Shown in pieces: positions 62,923 to 64,000 of a stretch of 64,000 bases of DNA. Position 1 is the stretch's first letter, and every line of letters starts with the position of its first letter. The position numbers and the translations under genes are program-made. The DNA comes from Macrostomum lignano (taxonomy: Eukaryota), in assembly GCA_002269645.1 (NCBI GenBank), contig NIVC01000931.1, forward strand, positions 83,470 to 147,469, in the 5' to 3' direction. A model generated the notes under the pieces. The model saw only the letters and a program-made list of their open reading frames with translations. It was not told the origin of the DNA and ran no database searches.

Positions 62923-64000
62923 CGTATTACCTTCATTAACCAATAACGTTTTGTACACATGTCAGCTACTTTAGATTAATATGTATCTTTTCTTATCCAT
63001 ATGTATTGTTGTACATGTAGATCATGTACGAAAAGCTGTTTTCAATTTCAATGTAGGAATCTTTTGTATGTAATAATGCATAGTAGCCATTATATTTGTT
63101 CCGGTATTTTTATTGTCGTTGCTTTCTTCATTGTTGTTGTTGTTTTAAATCTGGCACCAAATTGACGCTAATTATCGAATGAATACGAGCTAAATACAAG
63201 CGTCAGACAAATACAATCATTTGCATTGAGAACAATTCTTGCCACCAATCAGTTCTGCTCGCGAGGCGTGACCGGATGCGCGAGCTGTCGCCCAGGTCCG
63301 GCTCTGGGCTAATAAATTTTTCCTGTCAGCCCGAGGCGGATTACGAGGCCCGGCTGAGGACAGTCTGACCCAGAATTCTGAATCTAGAAATCTGAAGAGT
63401 GAACTGTCAGGCCTCAGTTCTTATTTCAACGAAATCCACTTACACGAAGAGGAATTCAGCTTTTCTCAACAAAAATATAATTAATTTTTTTCCCTGTTTT
63501 TTTAAACTCCAATCCTCGGGAGTCACATGATTTTAAGCACGAATTGAAAAAAAATTAGCTCGGCTTTCTGAGTCCAGTCTGAAGTAAGAAAAATTGCTCC
63601 ATAGAGAATCGAGGATCTAGTACTCCTGGGTCTTAGCAGCAAGGCATTTACCGTTTCGACCATAGAATTGTGGTTAAATTGATAGAAAGACCATTGAATG
63701 GTCATTGCGTGACTTCATGCTCATGGGTTGTAAAAACTAGTACAACTACATGGTGCACGTAGGAGTTCGTACATGTAAGCATCTCCTATCTCTGTCATGC
63801 TTTCAATTATTTATCACTAATAGCTCTTTGGAATTCACAGAAGTCTAATTTTGAGCACAAACTGACTAGCAGTACTGAGAATTGTCAAATTCATTTTGCT
63901 TCATTGCATCAAGTTAAAATGAAAATCTGAACTTTTTCAAGACTTATTTTCCACCCAGTTTGTTAGCTAAACAAAACTGACGCTACATTTGACTTAATTA

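Overview
Eukaryotic (invertebrate-type) genomic DNA: GC-rich spliced exons in introns and intergenic spaces packed with tandem repeats. This organisation resembles the flatworm Macrostomum, which is my inference and not verified. I reconstructed five spliced genes by hand from GT/AG boundaries, phase continuity and family motifs: a 4-exon calmodulin-like gene (+, 3557-10742), a 15-exon non-NMDA-type ionotropic glutamate receptor (-, 22924-31417), two divergent bestrophin paralogs (-, 35339-48541; +, 54811-61551) and a pancreatic-lipase-family gene between them (+, 49644-53521). There is also an orphan ORF with an MGxxC N-terminus (-, 12923-13456). Mobile DNA comprises a near-intact Mag-like Ty3/Gypsy element with 194-bp LTRs that look identical, a 5'-truncated RTE-type LINE, a 1-kb LTR-like insert with a tRNA-Leu primer site, two non-autonomous hAT-type elements with 8-bp TSDs that each carry an internal tandem array, tRNA-derived SINEs and a decayed LINE 3' end. 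About 30 tandem arrays with periods of 4-51 bp are present. The most unusual signals are arrays built from the host gene's own 3' splice sites, satellites inside hAT elements, an LTR-like insert whose PBS lies inside the TSD-bounded unit, an iGluR that lacks the glutamate gamma-carboxylate contacts, and a calmodulin-like protein with a disrupted EF-hand 2. Most long ORFs in the supplied track are translations of tandem repeats. All coordinates were counted by eye, and repeat boundaries are approximate.
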